Assembly (NCBI GenBank): GCA_937951615.1 | Contig: CALFBH010000004.1 | Location: 63,228 to 127,227 of the forward strand | DNA from: an uncultured Saprospiraceae bacterium | Lineage (GTDB): Bacteria; Bacteroidota; Bacteroidia; Chitinophagales; Saprospiraceae | Length of the DNA: 64,000 nucleotides | Direction of reading: 5' to 3' | Part shown: positions 1 through 8,919 of the stretch, one piece after another | How the letters are laid out: each line of letters begins with the position of its first letter | Numbering within the stretch: the first letter of the stretch is position 1 | The notes under the pieces: model-generated | The model's database searches: none | What the model was told of the DNA's origin: nothing | The model's input: the letters and a program-made list of their open reading frames with translations, nothing else | Position numbers and translations under genes: made by a program

Positions 1-3000
1 CAAGTCGCTTCTGTTGCCACTAAATCCATCACAACCGCTGTTGGTTCATCAATTGTTACCGTTGCGATTGCAGTACATCCATTGGCATCAGTTACTGTTA
101 CATCATAAGTACCAAAGCCTAGATTGAGCGCAGTCTGTGCTGTTTGGAAACCTGTATTGGATGACCATTGATAGGTATAACTCGGCACACCGCCCACAGG
201 CTCTACACTCACAAAACCATCTTGTTCTCCATTGCAACTCGGCCCTTGCCCTGTCGCTGTCAGTGTCAGTGGTGTATCTGGTCCTGTTACCGTAATATTG
301 ATTGGTGGTAAGCTACAACCATTGGCATCCGTTACTATTACAACATAAACATCTGCCATCAATCCGGTAATGCTGGAACTTGCTCCAGCATCATTAGCAA
401 TTACAGTACCTCCAAATGACCATTCATAAGTATAAGAAGGCGTACCTCCCGAAGGTGTAATCGTTGCCGTACCATCATCTCCACCAAAACAACTGACTGG
501 TTCAGAAGTCACGATGCCAGGCAGCAGGGCTGCAGGCTGACCAATCACCAATACTTCTGTTTCGAGGCAGCCATTGGCATCAGTCACAGAAACCGTATGT
601 GGCCCAGGACAAAGGAAATTTGCGGTCGTCGTCGTTTGTCCGTTGTCCCATTGATAGGTATAATTCCCTGCTCCACCACTTGCAGCTACAGTAGCCGCTC
701 CATCACAAATACCAACACAAGTGGCATCCTGTGTGGTAACATTGAGTGTAATTGCAGTAGGTTCATTTAAGGTCAAGTTATCGTTAATGGTACAGCCATT
801 CGCATCTGTTACGATGAGTGAATGATTGCCAGCTCCCAAACCTGTTGCTGTTGCACTAGTTTGTCCATTGCTCCAAAGGTAAGTGTAAGGCATTGTTCCG
901 CCATTCACGCTTGCTGTGATACTTCCATCTGTTCCATTTGCACAAAGCGGATCCATTCCAGTCAGGTTCAGTCCTAATGCAGTTGGCTCGTTGATGGTCA
1001 CATCAGCCGTTTCTATACAACCATTCAGATCAGTTACCGTGACGGTATGTGTGCCAACGGGCAGCATCACTGCGGTCTGCGTCACTTCGCCACTGCCCCC
1101 CCAGTTATACACATAAGGCGCAGTTCCGCCTGTCACCAGTGCTGTTGCAACACCATTTGCCTGTCCATTACAAAGCACGTCATTTGCATTGGTCATATTG
1201 ACAAATAAAGGCGTTGGTTCTGTAATCGTTGCTGTTTCTATCGTTGTACAAGCATTTGCATCAGCTACCGTTACTGTGTAAGTACCCGCTGCGAGTCCAT
1301 TCACCGTTTGTGTAATTGCAGCACCTGCGTTTGCACTCCATTGGTAAGTATATAGACCACTTGGTCCAGGTGTCCCGCCGGATGCTGTTGCTGTTGCTGT
1401 TCCATCATTGCCGCCATTGCAATTTACATTAGTTGTAGTAATAGCTGCGCTCACAGGCATTGGTTCTGTGATCGTTACACCACCTGTATCTGTACAGCCA
1501 TTCGCATCCGTCACGGTGACGATATGATTTCCAACTGGAAGATTTGTTGCTATTGCGGTAGTTTGTCCGCCTGCTCCAGCACTCCATAGGTAAGTATAAT
1601 TTCCTGCGGCATCAGGTGTACCTCCACTCGCAACAACGGCTGCTTCGGCATCATTACCGCCATTACAAGTTACCTGGGCATTGATATTTAAAATAAGATT
1701 CAAAGCCGAAGGTTCAGTGATCATCACTGATTCCACTAATGCACAGCCATTCATGTCAGTTACGGTCACATCATGTGTACCAGCCGCCAATCCTGTCGCT
1801 ACCGCTGTATTCTGATTGCCTGCGCTTACACTCCATTCGTAAGTATAACCTGGTATTCCGCCTGTTGCTGTTGCTGTTGCTTGTCCGTTTGTGCCGCCAT
1901 TACAATTGATGTTATTGTCCACATTCGCGCTAAGCACTAATACAGGTGGATCGGATACCGTTACTGATGCTGGTACAGCACAGCCGTTCGCATCAGTTAC
2001 CGTTACATCGTGTGTGCCTGCTGGCAAACCTGTTGCTGTTATTGAAGTTTGACTTCCTGCACTTGCACTCCATAGATAGGTATAAACACCTCCTGGCAGT
2101 GGTGTACCTCCTGAAGCATTCACAGTAGCTGCTCCATCACTGCCGCCTGCGCAACTCACATCGCTATCCAGACTGACGGACACACCAAGGGCTGGTGGGT
2201 CAAACATCGTTACACTTCCAGATGTTACGCAGCCATTCGCATCAGTCACGGTGACGTCATGTGTACCAACTGGCAAGTTGGTCACCGAAGCTGTCGTCTG
2301 ACTTGCTGCACTTGCACTCCATAGATACGTGTAGCCTGGCGTACCGCCGACTACGTTGGCTGTTGCAGCACCATCAGCATCTCCAGGACAACTGACTGGA
2401 TTATCTGGTGTTATGGTTAGAATGAGTACCAAAGGCTCTGTCAGTGTGACCTCTGCTGTTGCAGTACATCCATTGGCATCAGTTACCGTGACACCATTTA
2501 CGCCGGCACTCAATCCTGATGTTGTGGCTGTTGTTTGTCCGTTCTCCCATTCGTAAGAATAATTTCCTGCTGCATCGGGCGTACCACCTGCTGCTGTAGC
2601 TGTTGCTTCTCCATCTGCACCGCCATTACAATTTACATCATTATCTACGCTTGCGCTAATGGTTAAGACAGTTGGTTCAGTTAATGTTACATTATCAGCA
2701 ATGGTACATCCGTTGGCGTCCGTTATGGTCACGCCATGTGTTCCGACAGGAAGGTCAATCGCTGTTGCGGTGAGCTGGTTGCCTGCACTCGCACTCCACA
2801 AGTAAGTATAAGGAGCTGTTCCAGCTCCGGCAGTGGCTGTTGCCTGACCATCTATACCGCCATTACAAGTCACATCATTATCATTTGATACACTTAGCGT
2901 TAATGCAGTAGGTTCAGTGATGGTGACATTGCCCGTTGCCGTACATCCATTATCGTCTGTTACGGTTATATCGTGTGTGCCTACGGGCAAATTGAAAGCA

Positions 3001-6000
3001 GTTGCTGTCGTTTGACTTGCTGCGCCTACACTCCATTGGTAGGTATAATTACCAGCGGCATCAGGCGTTCCACCTGTAGCTGTTGCTGTTGCTTGTCCGT
3101 TTGTGCCGCCATTACAACTTACATCATTGTCCACTGTCGTGGAAATGGTGAGCAGGGTTGGCTCTGCAATATTTACCGAAGATGTGATGGTACAAGCATT
3201 GGCATCTGTTACAGTTACCGAATGTGTTCCTGCAGGAAGATTGGAAGCAGTCGCGCTCGTCTGTCCACCTGCGCTGGCACTCCATTCGTAAGTATAGCCT
3301 GGTGTTCCACCGCCGCCATTGGCAGTAGCTTGTCCGTCTGCTGCGCCATTACAGGAGACTTCATTGTCTATATTTGTTCCAATGGTCATTGCAGCGGGTT
3401 CATTGATGACATATTGGAAATTTGCCTCACAACCTGCGGCATCAGAAACAGTTACAAAATAAGTATCCGCAGAGAGGTTAGTCGCTGTTGCTGTATTGCC
3501 TGTTGCTGCATTCGCAGACCAGGTAAAACTATAAGGCAAATTCGGACTTCCAATCGGTGCTGTGGTGATGCTTCCAGAGGCTACTCCATTACACAGTGCA
3601 TCAGTTGCTGTACCGTTGTCTGTTATTGTGACACTCGCGCCTACAGACTGGTTGGCTGTAGTTGTACAGCCATTAGCGTCTGTTATCGTTACCTCATAAC
3701 TTCCAGGGTTGAGGTCAGTTGGGTTTGGAATATTTAAAGTATTATCGTGTGACCAGGCATAGGTGTATGGCAATGTGCCACCACTTGGATTTGTGGTAAG
3801 CTGCCCATCCAGACTGCCCTGGCAACTGGCGTCTGCATTCAGGGTAATATTTGCGGTAAGCAAATTAGGTTCAAATAATGTGGTACTCGCAAATGACATA
3901 CAGCCATTCCCGTCTGTTACCGTCAGTCCATAAAAACCTGCTACCAAACCTGTAATATCTTGTGTCGTCTGTCCATTCGACCAGACAAAAGTATAAGGTG
4001 GTGTTCCACCTGTTCCAACTCCATCTATGCTTCCAGTATTTTCACCAAAACAAAGCGGGCTGGTTTCATTATTCAAAATAGCTCCAAGAAGTGGTGGCTG
4101 CTCAACAACATCAGAAGCAAAAGCCATGCAGCCATTAGCGTCTGTCACTGTAACAGTATAAGTTCCTGGCGTTAGTCCGCCTACCGTCTGACTGGTCAGT
4201 ACTGTTCCTGACCAAGTGTAAGCATAAGGTAAAACGCCACCTGTAGGATTGGCAGTGATACTACCGTCCATTCCATTATTACAAGTAACACTATCTGCAA
4301 CTGCTGTGGTCGTAAGCAACATAGGTTCTGCAATGTTTACTTCATCTGTAGCCACACATCCTTGATTATCGGTCACTGTAACCGTATAATTTCCTGGTGC
4401 TAGATTACTGACCGACTGAGTAGTCGCGCCATTGGGTAACCAGCTATAAGCATAAGGTGCTGTGCCGCTTCCTGGCAAGACGGTAGCTGTGCCATCATTC
4501 GCACCATTACAAAGCACATCAGTTGAACTGGCTACTGCTGTTGGTGCATTTACACAAGTACAGCCTGTCAGCGTAAGTGTAGTAAAGTTCAGTAAATCAC
4601 ATTGTCCTGTCCCTAGTCCATCGCTGGTAATCGAGAATACATAATTACCATCTTCCGCACCTGTGAATGTAATGGGTGTTCCTGTTCCCATCACTGTTCC
4701 ACCACTTGGTGTAGTGAATGACCAAGAATAGTCAGCTGTTGCATCGACACTTGGAAAACCACCAGTCAAATCAACAGATACATCACAGTTATTTTGGGTC
4801 GCATTGAAGGATAATGGAGGGTTCATATAAATGGTGTAACCAGCACTCAAACCTGTACAAGCAGGATCAAATGATCCAGTCGTATTATTCGCTATAAAGG
4901 GTGCTACATAATAAGTAATTCCAGAGCCATCAGGTGTCAGCGTGACGCTTGTTCCTGCCACGCCCAAAACGCCCAGAAAATTAGCATCATCTCCCGGATT
5001 TTGATCCGGTGGTGTGCCGCCAGGTGGTACACCGCTTAGGCCAAATGGGTCGTTCAGCACCCATAATCCCCAAACAACATCAGGGAAGGTCGCGTTGGTT
5101 ACTTCATTTGTGGTTGATAAAACATAAGGTGCATCATCTGCACATAAATTGACCGTCGTTGGTGCTACGATTGTACCACCTGAAAGCGTACAACCTGCAC
5201 AAGTCACGGTGAAATCAATACTCTGCGTTCCCATACAATCATCCCCGTCATCCCAAGAATAAGTGACTGTGTAAGTTCCCGCAGTCAGTCCTGAAGGATC
5301 AAAAAATGCATATCCGCCGCCTACATCTCCAGTTACTCCCGTCCCTGTGAATGTAGCTGTTCCTGTTGGTGCGCCGACATTTACCGTGAAGCAGTTCATT
5401 ACTGTATTATCGAATGTTCCGCTTGTCATGATATTGCCATTGGCATAATCCACTACATCATAGGTAAATACACCTGTACCTGCATTATCGCACCATACGA
5501 TAGAATAATTTCCGCCAGGAGCAGGCGTAAAATACTCTCCATAACCAATAAAGTCTGTATTATTGGGTAAAGCACCGAGGTAATTTCCACCAATATTCGT
5601 TGGTCCCCAGTAGCCCAGTTGATTACCTGTACCATTGGGTCCATCCCATATTTCCAGTGAATTTTGTGTTGAGCCAAAACCGTCTGTTGTTACTTCTACG
5701 CCAAAAGAAGGCGTGATAAATCCATTTATTACAGGGTCAGGTCCTGACGTAGCGAATATCGAAATTGGTGAATCGGTACAATCTACTGTGGTCGGTAAGG
5801 TAAGGGGATTGCCTGATTGATCCAAAGCTTCAAAAGTCACTGTCCGGCAAGGCTGAATAATAGAGCAATCTGTCGCGCCTGTTCCGCCTGTTTGATTGGC
5901 AAAAATATCGGTGGGCATGTTGGAGAAGTTGGTAATTAAAAACACATAGACTTCACCAACCTGTCCATTTGGAATGGTTGCAACTTCTGTTTCCTGTGGA

Positions 6001-6452
6001 TCAAAACTACAATCTAGTCCATCTCCTGTCACGCAGCTATTTCCCGCATTTGTGCAGGATGCCGGATTGTCCGGGCAGCCATTACCAATAATCGGAACAC
6101 AGGCCAGCAAGTCTTCTGTTGCTGTCAAACTTCCACAAGTCCCCTGTGCTGTTGCCAAATCTGTAAATGGCCCGTACATAATGAAATCCACATCAAGGTT
6201 ATTAGAATTGGTCAAAGTGATTTCAATATCACCTGCTGTAGCTATTTCCAGATAATACCAAGCTGGATTGGGTTGGTCGATTAGGCAGCCATAAGTATTG
6301 CCGAGTTCAGCAGTGGTATTTGTACTTGCTGGAAATGAGGCTCCTGAATCTGTACAAAATGGCTCCATTGCGGCACAGGTAGCTCCTTGTGCGAATAGCT
6401 GGGCTGGTAATACAGTTATAATAAATAAAAATAATAGCGCGTAGTTTTTCAT
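1..6452 (-). CDS. Giant cell-surface adhesin rich in SprB-type repeats (probable T9SS/gliding-associated); 3' end lies beyond the window
   Basis: Absent from the ORF track because the frame stays open to the window edge. The revcomp ATG at 6452-6450 gives MKNYALLFLFIITVLPAQLFAQGATCAAMEPFCTD..., a signal peptide. Hand translation around 2700-2880 gives NDVTCNGGIDGQATATAGAGTAPYTYLWSASAGNQLTATA..GTHGVTITDANGC, which matches SprB-repeat-type consensus. The frame at 2879 is in phase with the ATG. Confidence 0.85.
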   Translation of the reverse strand, partial: MKNYALLFLFIITVLPAQLFAQGATCAAMEPFCTDSGASFPASTNTTAELGNTYGCLIDQPNPAWYYLEIATAGDIEITLTNSNNLDVDFIMYGPFTDLATAQGTCGSLTATEDLLACVPIIGNGCPDNPASCTNAGNSCVTGDGLDCSFDPQETEVATIPNGQVGEVYVFLITNFSNMPTDIFANQTGGTGATDCSIIQPCRTVTFEALDQSGNPLTLPTTVDCTDSPISIFATSGPDPVINGFITPSFGVEVTTDGFGSTQNSLEIWDGPNGTGNQLGYWGPTNIGGNYLGALPNNTDFIGYGEYFTPAPGGNYSIVWCDNAGTGVFTYDVVDYANGNIMTSGTFDNTVMNCFTVNVGAPTGTATFTGTGVTGDVGGGYAFFDPSGLTAGTYTVTYSWDDGDDCMGTQSIDFTVTCAGCTLSGGTIVAPTTVNLCADDAPYVLSTTNEVTNATFPDVVWGLWVLNDPFGLSGVPPGGTPPDQNPGDDANFLGVLGVAGTSVTLTPDGSGITYYVAPFIANNTTGSFDPACTGLSAGYTIYMNPPLSFNATQNNCDVSVDLTGGFPSVDATADYSWSFTTPSGGTVMGTGTPITFTGAEDGNYVFSITSDGLGTGQCDLLNFTTLTLTGCTCVNAPTAVASSTDVLCNGANDGTATVLPGSGTAPYAYSWLPNGATTQSVSNLAPGNYTVTVTDNQGCVATDEVNIAEPMLLTTTAVADSVTCNNGMDGSITANPTGGVLPYAYTWSGTVLTSQTVGGLTPGTYTVTVTDANGCMAFASDVVEQPPLLGAILNNETSPLCFGENTGSIDGVGTGGTPPYTFVWSNGQTTQDITGLVAGFYGLTVTDGNGCMSFASTTLFEPNLLTANITLNADASCQGSLDGQLTTNPSGGTLPYTYAWSHDNTLNIPNPTDLNPGSYEVTITDANGCTTTANQSVGASVTITDNGTATDALCNGVASGSITTAPIGSPNLPYSFTWSANAATGNTATATNLSADTYFVTVSDAAGCEANFQYVINEPAAMTIGTNIDNEVSCNGAADGQATANGGGGTPGYTYEWSASAGGQTSATASNLPAGTHSVTVTDANACTITSSVNIAEPTLLTISTTVDNDVSCNGGTNGQATATATGGTPDAAGNYTYQWSVGAASQTTATAFNLPVGTHDITVTDDNGCTATGNVTITEPTALTLSVSNDNDVTCNGGIDGQATATAGAGTAPYTYLWSASAGNQLTATAIDLPVGTHGVTITDANGCTIADNVTLTEPTVLTISASVDNDVNCNGGADGEATATAAGGTPDAAGNYSYEWENGQTTATTSGLSAGVNGVTVTDANGCTATAEVTLTEPLVLILTITPDNPVSCPGDADGAATANVVGGTPGYTYLWSASAASQTTASVTNLPVGTHDVTVTDANGCVTSGSVTMFDPPALGVSVSLDSDVSCAGGSDGAATVNASGGTPLPGGVYTYLWSASAGSQTSITATGLPAGTHDVTVTDANGCAVPASVTVSDPPVLVLSANVDNNINCNGGTNGQATATATGGIPGYTYEWSVSAGNQNTAVATGLAAGTHDVTVTDMNGCALVESVMITEPSALNLILNINAQVTCNGGNDAEAAVVASGGTPDAAGNYTYLWSAGAGGQTTAIATNLPVGNHIVTVTDANGCTDTGGVTITEPMPVSAAITTTNVNCNGGNDGTATATASGGTPGPSGLYTYQWSANAGAAITQTVNGLAAGTYTVTVADANACTTIETATITEPTPLFVNMTNANDVLCNGQANGVATALVTGGTAPYVYNWGGSGEVTQTAVMLPVGTHTVTVTDLNGCIETADVTINEPTALGLNLTGMDPLCANGTDGSITASVNGGTMPYTYLWSNGQTSATATGLGAGNHSLIVTDANGCTINDNLTLNEPTAITLNVTTQDATCVGICDGAATVAASGGAGNYTYQWDNGQTTTTANFLCPGPHTVSVTDANGCLETEVLVIGQPAALLPGIVTSEPVSCFGGDDGTATITPSGGTPSYTYEWSFGGTVIANDAGASSSITGLMADVYVVIVTDANGCSLPPINITVTGPDTPLTLTATGQGPSCNGEQDGFVSVEPVGGVPSYTYQWSSNTGFQTAQTALNLGFGTYDVTVTDANGCTAIATVTIDEPTAVVMDLVATEAT
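60..4450 (-). repeat. About 19 tandem coding repeats of ~225-250 nt (~79 aa) inside the adhesin
   Basis: The plus-strand motif CCATTSGCATCMGTYAC recurs near 88, 321, 573, 795, 1021, 1252, 1498, 1746, 1983, 2233, 2471, 2709, 2946, 3196, 3435, 3670, 3903, 4130 and 4360. Confidence 0.8.
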
Positions 6453-6597
6453 GTTATCTTTTAATGAATATCGCAAAAATTCAATCTCCCTTTATATCCT
6501 GGCCTTATATGACCAACAATCCCGAATTATAAAATCCGGGATTGTTGGATGAGGGAGGGTACTTCTGGTGTCTCGTTAAAGTGTGTTTAGGTATTTA

Positions 6598-7026
6598 TCA
6601 ATGCCCGTCGCGGCGCATACTTCTGATTTGCTTCAGCTTTTCCAATGCAGCTTCATTTTTTTCCATCAGTATTGGATTGGTGTCTGGTGTGTTTTGGAGT
6701 TCAGCAATTTTAAGTTCAAAATTGCGTATCTTTCCATCTATATCTGCATAAATGCTCGGGCTGGCGTGAGATTTTAGCACAATGCCTTGCGAATTAGTGC
6801 TAGCCTGTTTTTCTTCTGCGCTTACTGCTTTTAGTGTTCGGGTTTGTTGATAGAGCGGCTGGGCAGTAGTTGCTGTTTTTTCGATTGGTTTATTTTCTTG
6901 AAGCACTTCTTTTTTGGCTGTTTTAGCAACAGGTTGAAGTGTATTTTTTTGCTGTGCAAAAGCATTGGTCGCCATAAAGCTCCAAATCATGCACAAAACA
7001 AACATATTTAAAACATATTTTATCAT
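6598..7026 (-). CDS. Small secreted hypothetical protein
   Basis: 142-aa ORF. N-terminal signal peptide MIKYVLNMFVLCMIWSFMATNAFAQQ. Low-complexity Q/K/T-rich body. No recognisable domain. Confidence 0.6.
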   Translation of the reverse strand: MIKYVLNMFVLCMIWSFMATNAFAQQKNTLQPVAKTAKKEVLQENKPIEKTATTAQPLYQQTRTLKAVSAEEKQASTNSQGIVLKSHASPSIYADIDGKIRNFELKIAELQNTPDTNPILMEKNEAALEKLKQIRSMRRDGH

Positions 7027-7283
7027 TCTTTAATATTTTGTTATTTTTTCAAAAAGCGTGTAAAAATACAACTTCAAAGCCAGAAAACAAAGCTGTCACA
7101 ATTTTACAATTACCCTTTAAGACCCTTTAAATCACCTTACTCCCCTATTATATCAATCTTTTTAGAAAGTTAAGGATTCGTTAACACAGCGAGGAATCAC
7201 GTAGAAAAGGATTGCCATTTAGAGTATGTCTAAAATAACATAACTATTTTGTACATTTGACGCCAATTTAAAATTCATAAAAA

Positions 7284-8639
7284 ATGACAATCGTTTTACC
7301 TATTTCAATCTATATTTTGCGTTGTGTAAAGGTAGTCTTGCTAATTTTCGGAATATTTCAACTAAATTCTTGCGTCATGCCTGAACCTTTTGAATACGTA
7401 GCTCCAGGCAAATGGCGGGCCACACTTCAATTGGAAGAGAAAGTCGGGCCAAAAGAATTTCAGCCGCGCAAGCGTACTGCCGAGTTTGAAATGGAAGAAG
7501 TAACTGATGGAGAATTACCTTTTAATTTTGAAGTCGTTTATGAAAATAAAGAAGACTTTCATATTGATATTTTCAATGGCACAGAACGCATTCGAGTAAA
7601 AAAGGAAGATATTATTGTCGGTAGAAATCTGGCAACAGGTCAGGACACCTTGCTTATTAATTTTCCACATTACGAATCTTATATCAAAGCAATTTATGAA
7701 GAGCGTGTAATGGAAGGCGAATGGGTCGTAGAAACCCGCCCAAATTACCGGATTCATTTCACCGCTTGGCATGGACAAAAACATCGTTTTACTACGCTTC
7801 GTAAAGCCCCCAAAACAGACGTCGGAGGTGAATGGGCAGTGACTTTTTCGGAAGACGATGATCCTTATATTGCGGTAGGTGAATTTCAGCAAGATGGCAA
7901 TCAGTTGGAAGGTACTTTTCGTACCGAAACGGGAGATTTTCGTTATTTAGAAGGAACGGTACAGGCAAATAAGCTCTATTTGTCCTGCTTTGATGGCGCT
8001 CATGCTTTTTTGTATGAAGCTAAAATACTGGAAGATGAATCATTGATTGGAGCGTTTTGGTCGGGCAAACATTATAAAACGACCTGGTCGGCAAAACGCG
8101 ACCCCGATTTCAAACTGACTAGTCCCAATGAGCTGACTTATTTGAAAGAAGGTTATGATAAGCTTAGTTTTAAATTTCCAGACATCAATGGCAAGATGGT
8201 TTCTATTGATGACGAGCAATATAAAGGCAAAGTCAAGCTGGTACAAATACTGGGCACCTGGTGTCCGAATTGCGCAGATGAAACACAGTTTTTATCTGAA
8301 TATTATAATAATCTGAAGTCGGATGACCTCGCTGTTATCGGGCTAGCTTATGAGAAACACCGTGAGCCAGAGAAAGCTAAAGTAGCCATAGAACGATTTA
8401 TTCAGCGTTTTGATGTCCAATATGATGTACTCTTTGCCAATGGTTCTTCGTCCAAACAGGAAGCTGCCGAAACGCTGCCGATGCTTAATGCTGTCATCTC
8501 CTACCCCACGATGATTTTCATTGACAAAAATAATAAAGTCCGACGTATTCATACGGGCTTTGAAGGTCCGGCAACAAGTCGTTATCAAGAATTTACTCAG
8601 GAGTTTGATACTTTTGTAAAAGGATTGCTTGCGGAATGA
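7284..8639 (+). CDS. TlpA-like thiol-disulfide oxidoreductase (thioredoxin fold) with a long N-terminal domain; probable lipoprotein
   Basis: WCPNC redox motif (GTWCPNCADE) in the C-terminal ~150 aa. N-terminal hydrophobic stretch ending in LNSC. Confidence 0.85.
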   Translation: MTIVLPISIYILRCVKVVLLIFGIFQLNSCVMPEPFEYVAPGKWRATLQLEEKVGPKEFQPRKRTAEFEMEEVTDGELPFNFEVVYENKEDFHIDIFNGTERIRVKKEDIIVGRNLATGQDTLLINFPHYESYIKAIYEERVMEGEWVVETRPNYRIHFTAWHGQKHRFTTLRKAPKTDVGGEWAVTFSEDDDPYIAVGEFQQDGNQLEGTFRTETGDFRYLEGTVQANKLYLSCFDGAHAFLYEAKILEDESLIGAFWSGKHYKTTWSAKRDPDFKLTSPNELTYLKEGYDKLSFKFPDINGKMVSIDDEQYKGKVKLVQILGTWCPNCADETQFLSEYYNNLKSDDLAVIGLAYEKHREPEKAKVAIERFIQRFDVQYDVLFANGSSSKQEAAETLPMLNAVISYPTMIFIDKNNKVRRIHTGFEGPATSRYQEFTQEFDTFVKGLLAE

Positions 8640-8643
8640 ACGG

Positions 8644-8746
8644 ATTAAGTTTAAGTTTAAGTATAAGATTAAGTTTAAATTATTACTTTCGTAAAATTGC
8701 TGAATTATGAATAAGTTTAAGTACAAGATTAAGTTTAAGTTTAAAA
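8644..8746. repeat. Two blocks of degenerate hexamer array (TTTAAG/ATTAAG/TATAAG)
   Basis: 8644-8679 reads attaagtttaagtttaagtataagattaagtttaaa. 8711-8746 reads ataagtttaagtacaagattaagtttaagtttaaaa. The reverse-complement word CTTAAACTTAA sits directly upstream of the starts at 31085, 32669 and 36259. Confidence 0.75.
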
Positions 8747-8807
8747 CGATATAGAATGCTGGTAATTAGTTTTTTATTCAAAATTTAAATTATAGATAAT
8801 TCTGTTC

Positions 8808-8910
8808 AATTACTTACCCTTAATTACTAATAACCAAATAACCAAATACCCCAATTACTAATAACCAATACCCCAGTTACCAAATACCCCAATTCCCTAA
8901 TCACTAATAC
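8808..8910. repeat. Array of AATACCCCAAT / ACTAATAACC words just upstream of the 8920 start
   Basis: The sequence reads ...taattactaataaccaaataaccaaataccccaattactaataaccaataccccagttaccaaataccccaattccctaatcactaatac. Reverse-complement words (ATTGGGGTATT, GGTGATTGG) occur at 11647-11689, 11859-11902, 14480-14492, 28465-28500 and 50134-50200. Confidence 0.75.
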
Positions 8911-8919
8911 ACAACATAG

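Noticed and set aside
916-6255. About 13 plus-strand ORFs of 60-254 aa (for example 2973..3737) and the minus-strand ORF 5453..5677 inside the adhesin region
   Set aside because: They lie antisense to, or out of frame with, the continuous minus-strand adhesin frame. Their products are Cys/Ser/Val-rich nonsense typical of the reverse strand of a Gly/Thr/Asn-rich repeat gene.
8644-8910. Possibility that the tandem word arrays (also 50134-50200 and 51893-51950) are a CRISPR array
   Set aside because: The period is only 6-9 nt with no unique spacers. There is no 24-48-nt repeat unit and no cas genes in the window.
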